A stretch of 20,000 bases of DNA, taken from IMG/VR virus record IMGVR_UViG_3300008050_000034; one strand, 5' to 3'. Positions 10,901 to 17,483 of this stretch are shown piece after piece. The notes below the pieces were generated by a model that searched no databases, was not told the origin of the DNA, and saw only the letters and a list, made by a program, of their open reading frames with translations. A program made the translations under genes and the position numbers. Source of the DNA: an uncultured virus (IMG/VR IMGVR_UViG_3300008050_000034). Taxonomy: Duplodnaviria > Heunggongvirae > Uroviricota > Caudoviricetes. The number at the start of each line of letters is the position of its first letter. Within the stretch, counting starts at the first letter, position 1.

Positions 10901-13900
10901 AGGATACTCGGGAGTTTCCGTGGCACGGAAATGACCCTGCAATTATTGCTAGGACCGGAGTCACTGAGGACGGGAGCGAGAGTACCTGGGGTGTCTCGGA
11001 CATCACTATCGACAAGCATCTGATTAACGATGATAAGACCCTGCATCCGGTCACGTCTACGGTAGTTGTCCAAGACCGCAGGGGAGGCTTCTACGACTCA
11101 TCTGGAGCCTCTGTTTCTCCAGATAGAGACGATCCTGTAGAGACTATTGAGCTCGGGTACAAGGCCGGAGCTATGACGGTCTCTGGGTCCGTGAATATCC
11201 ATACATGGTCCACTCTGATATCAGATAGTGGGATTGGATCTTCAGTATCCGTCTACCCCACCTATGGACCCTCTGCTACGCAGGAAGGGGAGATTTCAGT
11301 ACACTACGGAGAGATGTCCGGGTTCGGCATGGCCTCGGACGATGGAGTCCTCCTGGGACTTAGTTATCACACTTCCGTGCCCCATGCCGCGCATCTGGGC
11401 TGGCCCCGCATAGACCTAGGACATGACGCGAATTGCGAGAGCGGCAGGAGCATCTCAGTTACGGGGCAAGACTACGAGACATTCAAGTGCAAGCATCAGT
11501 TCATCATGCAGATACCAGGGGACCAAGAGCATCTCACTGCCGATGAGATAGCGTCTCTTGTGGGGCGCGTCGTCTCTATCGAAGTCAGCGGAGAGAGTGA
11601 TGATTTCACCCACTGGAGAATAGAAGGTGTCCGGGCAGGCGCAGCAGAAGACCACGATAATAACTGGATCTACTTAGCACTACGGAACGATACCTCTGAG
11701 TCGGACCCCTCATCGGCCCCAAACCGGTCGATCATAAAGGCATCTAGGTGGGTCAAAGGATGTGTCGATGTCGCCGAGTGGCAATTATGGGGCACAGGAA
11801 ACCACCACAGTGCGCAATCGCTACCGCTGTTTGTTGCGCGTAGGGACCCGGTTGAAAGAGATACTGCCAAATACAGCGCAGATCAGTTCCCAACTGGAGA
11901 TCCAGATCCGAACAATTCCCTGATCTACCCGGCGGGATTTACTGCCTACTCTCAGGCATCAAGGTTCCACCTTGGGATGCAGAGATTTACCCAGAGCGCC
12001 GGAGATAACTCTCTAGAGGGTGGGCTTCTATGGGGAGGCGGAGACCTCTTCCTGTCCAGTGGAATACTCTCCGATGCGTGGGACAACGATCCCACGGACG
12101 AGAACTTTTGGAGTGAGTGGGTCGCGGGCGGACGCTCCGTAGATTTAACAGACAACGTATCTTCGTGGTTCCAGCCAGCCTCTCCTTTCCCGAATGAGTG
12201 GCTATGGGACACCACCACCGCCCCTCAATGGGCTGTTGGAGGGGATGATCCGGACGGCTACTACGCAGTTAGAGACCATGATGGCATCGATAGCGCAGAC
12301 CAGCTTGTATATCCGGAGTGGCGCGAAGTTTGGGGCCAGGCACAGCAGGAACTACCTGATCAAACTCAGGATCACATGTGGCCAGGCACTTCCAAAGTTA
12401 GAATGCCTGGAGAGAGTCTAAGAGTTCGGGACTTCGTTGTTGAGGTAATCGACCCCAACTACGTTGAGCCTAACTCAGACTACTCCTACGCACTAATGGG
12501 CGGCGGATCAATCGATGCCCAGGCAAGAGCCAGCGTGTTCTGGTCCCCGACTTGGGGAGGCTCCATCGCCTTCACCCAGCCGAGCTATGAGGGGTCTGGG
12601 AGCAGCGATCCAACTGTCTACCGCGTTACCAAGAAGATAGGTAGCCACTTCACGCGGCATCACTTGGACCTCGAGGTCCATATAATGTTGGCAGGTCAGT
12701 GGAAGACCACCGACCCTGCCAACTCTAAGCACTCTTTCCGGCTCTGTTTGAGGAACAGTCGAGGGGAGATCTTGGCGGAGGACATTGTCCAGGGCGACTC
12801 TGACCGAGAGCCCTATGACTCAGACGACGGCGCAGGCAATGGGTGGCGTCTGTATGAGCTCATAGGTAATTTCCGATCAGACTCTTTCCTCACTCTGGGC
12901 GAAGGTACCGTACAGGATAGTCTGGACGTTCCTTGGAACAAGTCCCCGGATCTTAGCCAGTTCTTGGCCGAAACAGACGTTCTGCAGCAAGACCTATTTG
13001 TCAGTCTCGAATTAGCCGTGACTGGAGACAATTATCCCACTGACGAGGGCTTTTTCTTAACTCAGGGTAGCGGCACGGACGGGTATGTGCCCCAGCCGTA
13101 CGCAGCTCATCTCCTGAGATTCGAGACCTCTAATAAAACGCAGCCTGTAACCATGTCCTCGCCTATAGATGTGCAAGGGCAGGTGAGAGCTAATACGTAC
13201 CGGTACTTGACCCCAAGACGAGAGACTCAGACCATAGGTCCAGAGTCTGCTAACTTCCTTACGGGAACCCAGTATTCTTGGCTAAATACTTCGGTCACTT
13301 CGGCATCCAGTCAGAACGCCGGGAAAAGCGCAGCTGGGGCAGGAGAAGGGCCGACCCATGGCTATGTCGCTTCGAAGGGTACAGCCTCCATTGTCGGCAC
13401 TTACCACAGTGGGAGTAAAAAGCTCCAATCGGACACAGACCTCTCGAACGGGTACGGTGGGATATTCCATCCTTGGCTGCATGTCGGAGGAAGCTCGTAC
13501 TATGGGGGGTCCACAAATACGCCCATAAGCGAGACGGAGTACGCCCACTGGCGGAGGCCGTACGTAGAGTGGTCTAAGTGTTTTCAGAGAGGGCCAGACT
13601 GTCTTCGGATCGAGTTCGATAGGGGACAGAACGATCCTCTTTGGTACGCCCTAAGGAACGCCTCATGGAAAACAACGCAGATGCTGGGGGAGAAGTATTT
13701 CTGGATGGACAGGGGGGACGACTCTGGAGGGCACTTCGTGGCGGGCTCGAGCTCTACCTACCAGCCCCAGCCCCAGTCTTATACCTGTCCCGGTCCTGCA
13801 GGGTTTATAGTTCCTTTGGATCCTCCACACGGAAGTAGAATAGTAGAGGTCGCCTACCACGTCTCTATTGCCCCCAATGTATGGCTCCAAAATGGACGCG

Positions 13901-14967
13901 GAATAGGGAACTACTCTGCGTTCGAGGATAAGTGGACCACTCTCGATATATCGGGGGGAGCGCCCTCGGACATCGGAAATCCTAATGATGTAAAGGTATT
14001 TGCCGACTGGAACTGTTTTCTGGAGGTACCTACTCTTACCGAAGATTCTGGAGATGGAGAGTCACCTCCCGATGCGAGCTTTGGAGGAAATATCATTTCT
14101 CCGGTTGCAGACCATTGGAGGGAGAGGTCCGGCTTTCGAGTGGAGCTTTGGAGGAAGCCAGTAGCTTTGGGCTTTGATCACGCTAGTTGGGAGAACTTTA
14201 GTTGGAACCAGGGAGGAGCAGAGTTGATCCACTCCTGGCGAGAGGAGCTATGGGACTCGGATGGTGGGGAGTACAAAGTAGACCCTTATTCTGGCTTCAA
14301 GGATAATGATTTTGACGCAGAAAAGATCCCTCACGAGACGCATTCTGGGAAGCTGTATGGCGGCAGCGGCGACCAGGTCCACTACCCCAATGAGTTCCAT
14401 ATCTCGAGAACCAAGTCTCTGGACCCGGAGGCAGACCTAAATCGCTACGATTTCTCGTCGACGGACAACAGGGTTTATATGGTAGATAGAAGAGCCTATA
14501 CCTACTTCTTGGTCATTCGTGCTTGGATGGGCGGGCCCCGTGTAAATACTCGGCACTGCTTTCACCCAAGTATGTCTGAGACCTGGGATTCGTATGAGGT
14601 AGAGGGATACACGTTCAATCCCCATCCTTGGCACCGCGATGGGTTGGCCGACTCGGAGTTCACCCATAAGGCCGACACCTCTAAGGCAGTGGCCCCGGAC
14701 TACCCCTACCCTACAGCCTGGCCCTCAAGGTCCCACAGAGTGAATCCCCCATGGGGTCCGTTCACTTTCGGAGGAGGAACAGGTATCGGGAGTGCCGCGT
14801 TTTACGGGACATGGTGTGGAGTGGCGATCAACGGAGAGGATAGATTAGATGGGTACCCGATGGGTACCGGGGATTCGAACGACCTCGCTGTTCTGTTCCC
14901 AGAGCAGTTCCCAGGTTCTTTCTCTTTCCGAGGTGCGAGGGTAGGGTGGCTAAAAGACACGTTGTAG
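7915..14967 (+). CDS. 2350-aa tail fibre / receptor-binding-like virion protein
   Basis: GGAGGT SD and ATGA overlap. The N-proximal RGEDRVSQNFNRALHQLGINDDSL resembles fibre attachment motifs. Shares the VxPGD...GxYxV repeat with the 1734-aa protein. The C-terminal region has FIVPLDPPHGSRIVEV, resembling fibre-tip beta-sandwich domains. Confidence 0.6.
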   Translation: MSQFKRRPFMAGHTDVFILSQPYISGTEHINSDGELDSIVALTAPFTLELSVETEAGNADVQWTDADTLTLAQMVEDINGSALSSLVLAEDFEGCLRLSSLGSGYVSSAGSNAYIKIVPNSSGATFIDAAELFGFPRDPHPHSIVTAGDLASAPVRPLTQVNRPGVSYIARGEDRVSQNFNRALHQLGINDDSLNTRLKTRVPIPTVLDLGEASSRLIVNADGEITAVNLSPNLGDDLDSVLENRVFVGGELNSDTTLHTLSQYFAVLDGNDNEIVADHLPIRVGAATRGAPLVAVPYYQDEESTPTSSGSGPIADTVYISGGGTDGGNVLGVQREKQAIVTIDEIRDHCVLICNGALFETEDVQPGDIAQISGSTLNAPINHDGAYIVERVISETELEVRPRDHAQVHLLNEGSAGLGGVQVGTDGEFEENVFLMFYPPIPRFPPARPGPTADPATNASTIIPGILRLVVGIEGYLGEVPPTFLMHSTINSAEEVDAFTSRRIWRRLSFDGIYQGQGYDYRGTELGGGAEGRVTHGAITFALDSHNQGTPLNTLDKSGSGELIKRERDVVLEIATPGSVIDQDIGKIILLTQQGGGTDIFIEEPFLISEFLSYDSVRLSPMIERKSFWNSVGVSSLSVDYQILQEGLAAIQAAMTIVAPQYNEAGNDAPRIGHTFVRTRENRTGSELLAGKLETPGTSLLHIERIQSLRAGYGGTDWVAAETVEIRNLGTGDPYVSFYDKDDDTSQIEPQHNPSIFARDHNPDSSGSNRLDNSIGHSIVRVFHGPNAGFYSIVLDDSVGTKLQRLSLTGEGEDYSAVALPAGMSHQYGCLYNIICSIGSLSAQVETPLDESTSVEVGITAFADAATATAVDQKARAIQAHWLGDGTAFFVRANDPGWIGYNLNTSSAGPGGTEAASGWAIDIEVFNPANGIWVKSAGDITDSSEKKRRAKGIEVYVESNEADPEHQDLDEGSTPILSKPQGFGLKVTVGPSGKVQDTREFPWHGNDPAIIARTGVTEDGSESTWGVSDITIDKHLINDDKTLHPVTSTVVVQDRRGGFYDSSGASVSPDRDDPVETIELGYKAGAMTVSGSVNIHTWSTLISDSGIGSSVSVYPTYGPSATQEGEISVHYGEMSGFGMASDDGVLLGLSYHTSVPHAAHLGWPRIDLGHDANCESGRSISVTGQDYETFKCKHQFIMQIPGDQEHLTADEIASLVGRVVSIEVSGESDDFTHWRIEGVRAGAAEDHDNNWIYLALRNDTSESDPSSAPNRSIIKASRWVKGCVDVAEWQLWGTGNHHSAQSLPLFVARRDPVERDTAKYSADQFPTGDPDPNNSLIYPAGFTAYSQASRFHLGMQRFTQSAGDNSLEGGLLWGGGDLFLSSGILSDAWDNDPTDENFWSEWVAGGRSVDLTDNVSSWFQPASPFPNEWLWDTTTAPQWAVGGDDPDGYYAVRDHDGIDSADQLVYPEWREVWGQAQQELPDQTQDHMWPGTSKVRMPGESLRVRDFVVEVIDPNYVEPNSDYSYALMGGGSIDAQARASVFWSPTWGGSIAFTQPSYEGSGSSDPTVYRVTKKIGSHFTRHHLDLEVHIMLAGQWKTTDPANSKHSFRLCLRNSRGEILAEDIVQGDSDREPYDSDDGAGNGWRLYELIGNFRSDSFLTLGEGTVQDSLDVPWNKSPDLSQFLAETDVLQQDLFVSLELAVTGDNYPTDEGFFLTQGSGTDGYVPQPYAAHLLRFETSNKTQPVTMSSPIDVQGQVRANTYRYLTPRRETQTIGPESANFLTGTQYSWLNTSVTSASSQNAGKSAAGAGEGPTHGYVASKGTASIVGTYHSGSKKLQSDTDLSNGYGGIFHPWLHVGGSSYYGGSTNTPISETEYAHWRRPYVEWSKCFQRGPDCLRIEFDRGQNDPLWYALRNASWKTTQMLGEKYFWMDRGDDSGGHFVAGSSSTYQPQPQSYTCPGPAGFIVPLDPPHGSRIVEVAYHVSIAPNVWLQNGRGIGNYSAFEDKWTTLDISGGAPSDIGNPNDVKVFADWNCFLEVPTLTEDSGDGESPPDASFGGNIISPVADHWRERSGFRVELWRKPVALGFDHASWENFSWNQGGAELIHSWREELWDSDGGEYKVDPYSGFKDNDFDAEKIPHETHSGKLYGGSGDQVHYPNEFHISRTKSLDPEADLNRYDFSSTDNRVYMVDRRAYTYFLVIRAWMGGPRVNTRHCFHPSMSETWDSYEVEGYTFNPHPWHRDGLADSEFTHKADTSKAVAPDYPYPTAWPSRSHRVNPPWGPFTFGGGTGIGSAAFYGTWCGVAINGEDRLDGYPMGTGDSNDLAVLFPEQFPGSFSFRGARVGWLKDTL

Positions 14968-15128
14968 CCAGCCTGGATACTATCCGGCTCAAGTGGGACT
15001 TGAGGACTCGGCCTTCTTCTAAGAAGACGGCCGAGACCCCTACGATCTCTACTGCATCTCGAATTGTGGAGGTCGGAAAGAACCAGCTAAAAAGGCGACG
15101 CTCCAAGGGGAAGCGCCGCCAATCTTAG
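14946..15128 (+). CDS. Possible small basic protein (60 aa)
   Basis: GTG start with GAGG upstream, and it fills the gap between the convergent blocks. However, its basic tail is encoded by the antisense of the - strand terminator, so it may be spurious. Confidence 0.3.
   Translation: MAKRHVVASLDTIRLKWDLRTRPSSKKTAETPTISTASRIVEVGKNQLKRRRSKGKRRQS
15089..15120 (-). terminator. Rho-independent terminator of the - strand operon
   Basis: On the - strand: GGCGGCGCTTC-CCCTT-GGAGCGTCGCC-TTTTT, an 11-bp GC-rich stem with two G-U pairs followed by U5. It starts 4 nt after the TAA at 15127-15125. Confidence 0.85.
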
Positions 15129-15301
15129 ACGGTAAGTCTCAGGAGAAACGCCTTAGCATCTTCTATGGTCTTTGCGTCCAGCAGGTATCCACAGTCTTCA
15201 GCCAGGCGACGAAGATCTCTAAGGCTCATGCCCTCGAGACCTTCCTCTGAGATTTCCTCTATTCCCAGCTGACTTCCGTCAAGCTGGTGATTTCGTTTCC
15301 C
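15125..15301 (-). CDS. -1 frame extension of the H1-like gene (HeH/Rho-N-like), or an independent 34-aa ORF
   Basis: Open frame GK-RNHQLDGSQLGIEEISEEGLEGMSLRDLRRLAEDCGYLLDAKTIEDAKAFLLRLTV*. LEGMSLRDLRRLAEDCG fits the LxxMxxxELRxLAxxxG helix pattern. The only ATG lies inside that motif. The frame ends right before the terminator. Confidence 0.6.
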   Translation of the reverse strand, partial: GKRNHQLDGSQLGIEEISEEGLEGMSLRDLRRLAEDCGYLLDAKTIEDAKAFLLRLTV

Positions 15302-16182
15302 GGGTCTACATCCTGATTGTAGGTCCAGGCTAGGTAGTCTGAGATAGAGGACAGCACCTCTTCAACCTCAGTCATCTTGTCGGTCAGCGCACTGACCGCC
15401 GTGTCTTGGTCGAAGACCTTCGTTCCGATGGCCTCGACCATATCGGAGATCTTCTTCAGAGACTCTACGTCCACAGGGGCTCCCTCGGTAGCCGTAGTAG
15501 TCGGAGCAGCTGTCCTACGGGTGGGCTTCCGCTTCGCAGGAGTTTTCTTTCCAGCTGCCTCTTTCTTAGGCGCGGCCTTCTTAGGCGCGGCCTTCTTAGG
15601 GGCTGCCTTAGCTGGAGTATCTTTGGTCGCCGCAGTAGTGGCCTTGGTATCTGCCTTCACGGGCACCTTGGCTTTCGTCTTCTCTTTCGCAAAGGTCTTC
15701 TTCTCTTTGGAAGGAGCCTTTGCCTTCTTCGCAGGCTTAGTCTCTACTGCCTGGTTACTCGACCCATTAGCTTTTACCTGCCCAATCAGGTCCTTTAGGG
15801 CCTCATTGTCCATCTCTGCGATGTTGGGGTAGATGGGAGCTCCAGACGTGTCTGTCATTCCGATGATCTTGTTCACCAGGGATTCAGCTGACAGCTGGAA
15901 AGAACGACCATTTCTCTCGATCGCGCCCAACTCGATAGCCAAGCTCCTGAGGAATTTTCTGTGTCCGACGATTTGTAAATCACTCATTGATAGTTTCCTA
16001 TTCTTTTTTTTGTTTTTGATTATCGCTGCGCCGCCAAACTCGTCGACGACGCGCATCCTTGCTAGAGTCACGCCGGGGTGCGCATCTTCGAAGATGCCAC
16101 ATCCTTCCCCGAATTCTATCATTCTAGTGGTAGCCTCTGAACACTTTGGGAGTCTCTTGCAGCTTATGCAAGGGCCTCTCAT
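15259..16182 (-). CDS. Histone-H1-like K/A/P-rich DNA-binding protein with a Cys-rich N-terminus and an acidic coiled-coil C-terminus; likely second start at 15987
   Basis: Central PAKKAKAP...PAKAAPKKAAPKKAAPKKE...PAKRKP tract, N-terminal CxxC-x5-C-x13-C, and C-terminal heptads (VSALTDKMTEVEEVLSSI). AAGGA SD plus ATGA overlap at 16182, and a second A-rich AGGA SD before ATG 15987. Confidence 0.75.
   Translation of the reverse strand: MRGPCISCKRLPKCSEATTRMIEFGEGCGIFEDAHPGVTLARMRVVDEFGGAAIIKNKKKNRKLSMSDLQIVGHRKFLRSLAIELGAIERNGRSFQLSAESLVNKIIGMTDTSGAPIYPNIAEMDNEALKDLIGQVKANGSSNQAVETKPAKKAKAPSKEKKTFAKEKTKAKVPVKADTKATTAATKDTPAKAAPKKAAPKKAAPKKEAAGKKTPAKRKPTRRTAAPTTTATEGAPVDVESLKKISDMVEAIGTKVFDQDTAVSALTDKMTEVEEVLSSISDYLAWTYNQDVDPGNEITSLTEVSWE
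15265..15314 (-). promoter_or_regulatory. Candidate programmed -1 ribosomal frameshift signal
   Basis: AGGA (15314-15311), 9 nt, G_GGA_AAC (15301-15295, correctly phased), 7-nt spacer GAAATCA, then hairpin CCAGCTTGAC-GGAA-GTCAGCTGG (15287-15265). Confidence 0.6.
15563..15607. repeat. 3 x 15-bp tandem repeat encoding AAPKK
   Basis: TTCTTAGGCGCGGCC twice exactly, plus TTCTTAGGGGCTGCC. Confidence 0.9.
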
Positions 16183-16478
16183 ATAACGTCGTCCTTAAAG
16201 GCCAACCAGCACCTCAGCACTATCCCTTCAGGGCACCCAAATCTAGTACATTTTCCCGTGCACCCAGGTAGTTGGGTACGCAGTCTCCTGAAGTTTCTCT
16301 GTATGTGTCTCTCCATCGCCTGTCTGTGCTCCTCTAGAGGGCACGGATCGGTGGAGTCTATGTCTCCGTCAAGTAGGGCAGCAAGCTCCTCTCGGTTAGT
16401 AAGTCTCGCAACGTTCCCGAGTCCCAGCTCCCTGGCCAGTTCTACCAGCTCTGTTCTATTTATATTCCTGTATGACAT
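16179..16478 (-). CDS. Rho-N/HeH-like nucleic-acid-binding domain fused to a Cys-rich domain (99 aa)
   Basis: NRTELVELARELGLGNVARLTNREELAALL matches the Rho N-terminal/HeH pattern. The C-terminal half has C...CTGKCTRFGC...C (5 Cys). Confidence 0.7.
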   Translation of the reverse strand: MSYRNINRTELVELARELGLGNVARLTNREELAALLDGDIDSTDPCPLEEHRQAMERHIQRNFRRLRTQLPGCTGKCTRFGCPEGIVLRCWLAFKDDVI

Positions 16479-16923
16479 CTGGAACCCCGTACTGGAGAGG
16501 ATCTACTTCAAGTAGCCTCATTACAACACCACAGTCATCTCCCATCCTCTTGGTTAGGTTGACCTCAAAGAAGAGGCAGTCGTCTATGTCTCCTAGAACT
16601 TCGACTAGACAGTCCTCTAACAACTTACGTCGATTGCCTACGTCAAAACGCTTATACAGTGTTTTGGCTCGTTTTTTAAACCACCCCTTGTTGATCACAG
16701 TTTCGAATGTAAAGTCCAAATTAAGCGCGTAAACGCTTGTTTCAGTATGGCCGGCAACGAAATTGTTTATCTCTACGACGTGGTTGGCTCGTACAAAGTC
16801 TGTGAATAGGCGGCGATAACCTATGGCTTCCTTGGTGTAGACCATCCCTCCCTGCCAACGATGCACTCTGATGTGATTCTCTGTTGGAGGGAGGTGAGGG
16901 AAGTGGATCGTTAGGGACCTCAT
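16456..16923 (-). CDS. rusA: RusA-like Holliday junction resolvase
   Basis: N-terminal LPPTEN, then RFDVGNRRKLLEDCL...DIDDC, matching the RusA pattern PPSxN / DxDNxxKxxxDxL...DD. GAGGT SD. Confidence 0.75.
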   Translation of the reverse strand: MRSLTIHFPHLPPTENHIRVHRWQGGMVYTKEAIGYRRLFTDFVRANHVVEINNFVAGHTETSVYALNLDFTFETVINKGWFKKRAKTLYKRFDVGNRRKLLEDCLVEVLGDIDDCLFFEVNLTKRMGDDCGVVMRLLEVDPLQYGVPDVIQEYK

Positions 16924-17483
16924 CTTGACCTCTTGTTTGGATGTCTACCGAAAGCCAGGTTGGTATCCCGTCTATTCATCTCAATATCTAGCCTCTTGGT
17001 CTCTATGAGGCGCGACAGGAACCTCAAGTCTCTTGAGGCGGCTCCTGCTATCCCCTCCAATAGCTCGAAGAATGTCTTGGCTTCTATCCAACGGACGTTA
17101 GCCTCGACGTACCTGGCATCAGCTACCGTAAGGTCCTCTTTCGCCTGTACAGTTCCGGTCTTAGTCTTTCTTACCAGGGACTTGGCTAGCTTTAGCTTCT
17201 CTTGGCTGTTGAGGGTCTCCGCCTTTGCCTGCGTCAGCAGAGAGTGCACATAATCGGCATGCTGGCACATCATTGAGTATATCTCTCCGAGTTCGGAGTT
17301 GGTGAAGCTACTCACGTTGGGAGGAAGCCTGCCGTCGAAGTACTCTCCGTTATCGGCGAACGGTCGAGAGGGCAGGACAAGACCTGCACTCTCAATTCTA
17401 CCTATGGCCTTCAAAGAGGCATCTTCGTACAACTGCTCTCCCTCTTCTAGAGTGACAGAGTAATCATGGTCGGTTCTTTTCAT
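16920..17483 (-). CDS. Helical coiled-coil protein, possibly a UvsY-like recombination mediator
   Basis: Long amphipathic helices with DARYVEA...LLEGIAGAASRDLRFLSR, reminiscent of UvsY-type proteins. Sits in a RecA operon. The function is inferred. Confidence 0.45.
   Translation of the reverse strand: MKRTDHDYSVTLEEGEQLYEDASLKAIGRIESAGLVLPSRPFADNGEYFDGRLPPNVSSFTNSELGEIYSMMCQHADYVHSLLTQAKAETLNSQEKLKLAKSLVRKTKTGTVQAKEDLTVADARYVEANVRWIEAKTFFELLEGIAGAASRDLRFLSRLIETKRLDIEMNRRDTNLAFGRHPNKRSR

Noticed and set aside
3..14667. Numerous 60-165 aa alternative-frame and antisense ORFs inside the structural genes
   Set aside because: They are nested in long ORFs with coherent composition and have no recognisable motifs.
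13900..14967. Diversity-generating retroelement target at the fibre C-terminus
   Set aside because: No reverse transcriptase or template-repeat copy was seen in the window. One elsewhere in the genome cannot be excluded.
14828..15106. 92-aa - strand ORF
   Set aside because: It starts at a TTG inside the terminator hairpin, lies mostly downstream of it, and overlaps the fibre gene antisense.
15226..15261. TAG readthrough or alternative genetic code in the H1-like gene
   Set aside because: In-frame readthrough hits TGA after 10 codons. Multi-kb ORFs are intact under the standard code, and TAG, TGA and TAA all serve as stops.
15563..15607. Tandem repeat as a mini-CRISPR or origin iteron
   Set aside because: No spacers. 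The 15-bp in-frame unit is fully explained by the AAPKK peptide repeat.
15377..16186. + strand ORFs of 151, 130 and 117 aa, one of them hydrophobic and membrane-like
   Set aside because: Antisense shadows of the K/A-rich H1-like gene. The FLGAA repeats are the reverse complement of the AAPKK codons.
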